From NCBI GenBank assembly GCA_963774265.1, contig CAVZDU010000002.1, positions 1 through 64,000 of the forward strand: 64,000 bases of DNA, written 5' to 3'. How positions within the stretch are numbered: position 1 is the first letter of the stretch; each line of letters starts with the position of its first letter. This document shows, one piece after another, positions 60,646-64,000 of this stretch. A program made the translations under genes and the position numbers. The notes under the pieces are model-generated. The model saw only the letters and a program-made list of their open reading frames with translations, had not been told where the DNA came from and ran no database searches. Origin of the DNA: an uncultured Chloroflexia bacterium. Lineage in GTDB: Bacteria; Chloroflexota; Anaerolineae; CG2-30-64-16.

Positions 60646-61784
60646 GCGGTCCTCCCTTGTGCGGCAGCTACGGCCTTTTGAGCGGCCTCGGCGAGCGTCT
60701 CAGCAGTCATCATGTGCGCGCCCGCCAGGATCGCGCGGCCCTCTTCGGCGTTGGTGCCCACAAGACGCACCACCATCGGCACCTCCGTCTGCACCTCCTG
60801 CAGCGCCTGCAATATGCCTTTGGCGACCTCATCTCCGCGCGTGATGCCACCGAAGATATTGAACAGCACGGCTTTGACCTTGGGATCAGACAGAATGATA
60901 CGCAGCGCGGCCGCAACCTTGTCGGCCTTTGCGCCTCCTCCCACGTCGAGAAAGTTGGCAGGTTCGCCCCCAAATAGTTTTATGATGTCCATGGTTGCCA
61001 TGGCCAGCCCCGCGCCGTTGACCATGCAGCCGATTTCGCCATCGAGCTGAACGTAGCTCAGGCCGTTGAGGCGCGCCACTTTCTCCTCGGATGTCTCCTC
61101 ATCCTCATCGCGCATGCTCGCAAGATCGGGATGACGAAACAACGCGCTATCGTCCAGGACAATCTTGCCGTCGAGCGCCTTAAGCGAGCCATCCCCGAGC
61201 ACGGCCAGGGGATTTATCTCCGCCAGGCTTCCATCGATGCTCATGTAGCAGTCATAGAGACCCTGGCAGATTTGGATAAACTGGCCCATCTGCTGACGTG
61301 GCAATCCTATGGCAAGGGCGAGGTCTCGCGCCTGATACTCGCGCAGCCCCATACACGGATCGATCGCGATTGTGATGATCTTCTCCGGCGTCGTGGCCGC
61401 AACCTCTTCGATGTCCATGCCGCCCGCAGCCGAAGCCATGACTACCACACGGCGGCGTGCCCGGTCCAAAATCATGCCGAGATAGATCTCATTCTTGATG
61501 TCCGCGGCTGGATCAACCAGTACCTTCTTCACCGTAAGGCCCTTAATGTCCATGCCGAGGATTTGCCCGGCTACCTCAGCGGCCTCATCGGGGGTCTTGG
61601 CAAGTTTGATGCCGCCTGCCTTGCCGCGTCCCCCCACCAGCACTTGGGACTTGACAACGACTGGTCCACCGATCTTTTCCGCAATCGCTCGCGCCTCAGC
61701 CGGCGTGGTCGCCACCTCCCCCGCTGGGACGGGAATACCGTACTGCCCGAAGATGCGTTTCGCCTGGAACTCCTGTAATTTCAA
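60642..61784 (-). CDS. sucC: Succinyl-CoA synthetase beta subunit
   Basis: [38 protein letters not shown]; AGGAGG RBS before TTG 61784. Confidence 0.96.
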   Translation of the reverse strand: MKLQEFQAKRIFGQYGIPVPAGEVATTPAEARAIAEKIGGPVVVKSQVLVGGRGKAGGIKLAKTPDEAAEVAGQILGMDIKGLTVKKVLVDPAADIKNEIYLGMILDRARRRVVVMASAAGGMDIEEVAATTPEKIITIAIDPCMGLREYQARDLALAIGLPRQQMGQFIQICQGLYDCYMSIDGSLAEINPLAVLGDGSLKALDGKIVLDDSALFRHPDLASMRDEDEETSEEKVARLNGLSYVQLDGEIGCMVNGAGLAMATMDIIKLFGGEPANFLDVGGGAKADKVAAALRIILSDPKVKAVLFNIFGGITRGDEVAKGILQALQEVQTEVPMVVRLVGTNAEEGRAILAGAHMMTAETLAEAAQKAVAAAQGRTA

Positions 61785-61988
61785 CGCGCGCCTCCTTCGA
61801 TCTGAGTCTGCGATCAGAAATGCAAAGGGTGACACAACATCGTGTCACCGGGGGAAAATCAGGGTCTTGTCAAGGGGGCCAATCAGCAGATAAGATATAC
61901 CACATCGGCGCCCAGAAATAAAGGGGCACTCTTGCTTTTCTCGGGATGGATGTGCCCCAAGGCCGCATTGCGCATCTCAAGACCCTGC

Positions 61989-64000
61989 TCACTCCAAGGG
62001 CGGGAAGATCATGATGCGATGGGCATCACCATCTGCGACAACCACCTGGCCCTCCGGTCCCACCGCGACGCCGGTTGGCAGGCTGAAAGACTCTTGATCG
62101 TTACCATAGAGGCCCCAAGTGGCCTTGAACTCGCCATCACTGTTCCAGGCCAGAATACGGTAGTTCTCCGGGTCGACCGCATATACGAGCTTACGCTGCG
62201 GATCGACGGCCAGCGCCGGCTTATTCACCACCGACTGGCTGCCCCAGCCGTTGACGGCCCATTGCGCCTCGAATTCGAGTACAGGACTGAACCGCTGCAC
62301 GCGTCTATTCCAGGTGTCGGCGACATACCAGCGGCCATCCGCATCCTGCGCGAGGCCGACTGGCTCATCGAGGCGACCATCCACCACGCCGCCGCCGCCC
62401 CACTGTTGGACGAATACGCCGTCGGGCTGGAATACCTGAACGCGTTTGTTGCCAGTATCCACGACGGAGATATTGCCGTCCAGTCCGACGACAACCGCAC
62501 GCGGGCCATAGAAAAGTCCCTCTTGGCCCAGCTCCCCGCCAGTGGAGCCGAAGACCCCCCAAGATGTCACGAACTGGCCATCGTTGGTGAACCTCTGGAT
62601 GCGATGGTTCCATGTGTCGGAAACGTACACACTGCCGTCCGTGCCCACCGCGATGCCCCAAGGTTCGTTGAACTGGCCGCGTCCTCCGTCCACGCAGCCC
62701 TCCCCGGTGTCTAGTTTACAGGTGGAACCCCACCCGCGCAGGAACGTTCCATCCGAAGCAAAGACCTGCACCCGGTTATTGCCCGAATCGGCCACATAGA
62801 TGTTGCCCGCCGCGTCCAGCGCCACCGCGCGGGGGAAGTTGAGTTGGCCCGTTCCACTACCCGACTGGCCAGTCGTGCCGATCTGCTGTATGGCCGCTAT
62901 TTGGCGCTGACCCCGGGCGTAGGGGTCTTCGATCGGTTCAGTAACGCCGCCGGCCGTGGAAGCAGGAGCACCCCAATCCCAAACCTGAGCTGCCACATCC
63001 TTGCGCACGAACAGGGAGAATCGATGAATCGGATCCCACTGCGCTGTCTTGGTCGTATAGCGACGATGGATCACTACGTCCCAGAACTGACCACGCTGCA
63101 CGGGGTCAGCGAGGCCGTCACGGATACGCTCCCAACTCAGTGCTTTGTAGGTTTCACGTGGCCACCAAATGAGGCGGTAGTTGAACTCGTAGTATCGATC
63201 TCCGAGATACGGCTTGACCTTCGATAAATTCTTGTCTCCCACCATCACGACCGGAGAGTCCATCGAGTCCCTCGATGGGTTCTGGCCATAATAGACCTTG
63301 TTTGGGTAGTCGCGCAGATACCACTCAAGCGGCCATGTTGAGTCGTCATCATACGCCACGCGTATCGCGAGGTCGCCCACCGTCTTCCGCGACAACTCCT
63401 CGATCTGCGACATCGCCAGCTTGATATCGGGCGTCGCGTGTGCATAGACCATCGGCTCGATCGCATAATCGTAGTTGATGAAATTGAAGCGGTAGGAGAC
63501 GCCTATCGTAAAGACCAGCAGCAGCGCGGAAAGGCTTACCACAATCGCGCGCCCGCTTTGGACCCAACCGAGGGCCACAATCCGGTCATATAAGAAGTAG
63601 ATCAACACCAACGCCGCGACCAGTGCCAGGAGCCATTGCGCCGTGTTACTAAGTCCGTTGACAGTCACGTCCATGAAGGGGCGACGCGTGGAGGTGGGTG
63701 CCAGCGCCTTGAGTGCAACCAGAAAAAGAGGGACCATGAGCAGAAGCCATAACAGACCCTTGCGTACACCCACCCGCCAATCTATGCCGTCGATCACCCG
63801 ACCCAGCCACCAGCCGGCAAGTGGTGCCATGGACATGGTCATGTACACCGTATGCCAGGGCATTTTTTCGCCAACATAAGTGAAGACAGCCCAGGTGGCA
63901 GTGGGCCAGAGGACCAGGAAGGCGACAAAGAGAACCTGCACTGAAAGTGGGGGCGCAATAGATGGCAGGACGGCAGCTGGGCTTTGGGTGTCTTTTGTGA
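61989..64000 (-). CDS. Membrane glycosylation-associated protein (TIGR03663/GT-C-like) with C-terminal NHL repeats; runs off the right edge
   Basis: GEKMPW, EPMVYAH, WPLEWYLRDY, then several F..P.G.A......YVADT.N.R.Q.F NHL repeats; frame open to 64000. Confidence 0.75.
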   Translation of the reverse strand, partial: TKDTQSPAAVLPSIAPPLSVQVLFVAFLVLWPTATWAVFTYVGEKMPWHTVYMTMSMAPLAGWWLGRVIDGIDWRVGVRKGLLWLLLMVPLFLVALKALAPTSTRRPFMDVTVNGLSNTAQWLLALVAALVLIYFLYDRIVALGWVQSGRAIVVSLSALLLVFTIGVSYRFNFINYDYAIEPMVYAHATPDIKLAMSQIEELSRKTVGDLAIRVAYDDDSTWPLEWYLRDYPNKVYYGQNPSRDSMDSPVVMVGDKNLSKVKPYLGDRYYEFNYRLIWWPRETYKALSWERIRDGLADPVQRGQFWDVVIHRRYTTKTAQWDPIHRFSLFVRKDVAAQVWDWGAPASTAGGVTEPIEDPYARGQRQIAAIQQIGTTGQSGSGTGQLNFPRAVALDAAGNIYVADSGNNRVQVFASDGTFLRGWGSTCKLDTGEGCVDGGRGQFNEPWGIAVGTDGSVYVSDTWNHRIQRFTNDGQFVTSWGVFGSTGGELGQEGLFYGPRAVVVGLDGNISVVDTGNKRVQVFQPDGVFVQQWGGGGVVDGRLDEPVGLAQDADGRWYVADTWNRRVQRFSPVLEFEAQWAVNGWGSQSVVNKPALAVDPQRKLVYAVDPENYRILAWNSDGEFKATWGLYGNDQESFSLPTGVAVGPEGQVVVADGDAHRIMIFPPLE

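Overview
Core-genome window of a high-GC bacterium, most likely Chloroflexota (Anaerolineae/Caldilineae-like). This is inferred from gene content: LPxV-motif proteins, a TIGR03663-like/NHL protein, cdaA-cdaR, a sigmaW-type ECF module and a glmS ribozyme. It holds about 55 protein genes (serS, an EF-G paralog, argF, der, hflX, smpB, tex, mutS, glmS, secDF, sucCD and others), three tRNAs, tmRNA and a glmS ribozyme. I found no prophage, IS, integrase or CRISPR array. Ten genes carry single-base frameshifts and serS has an in-frame TAG, so the assembly probably contains long-read errors. The best candidate for something new is the glmS ribozyme. A 46-nt insert replaces the short linker in its core. 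The insert carries a GCGA-tetraloop hairpin, a partner for the P3 loop and a 7-nt exact complement of the cleavage-site strand, while no canonical P4 is evident downstream. Other leads are the amber codon in serS, tRNA-Arg(GCG), a PUA-like/degenerate DUF559 protein near uvsE, dNK-MazG, RluB-Cmk and phosphatase-methyltransferase fusions, and a tandem ctpA-ctpA-smpB-ssrA cluster. All product calls come from motif recognition by eye; no database searches were run.
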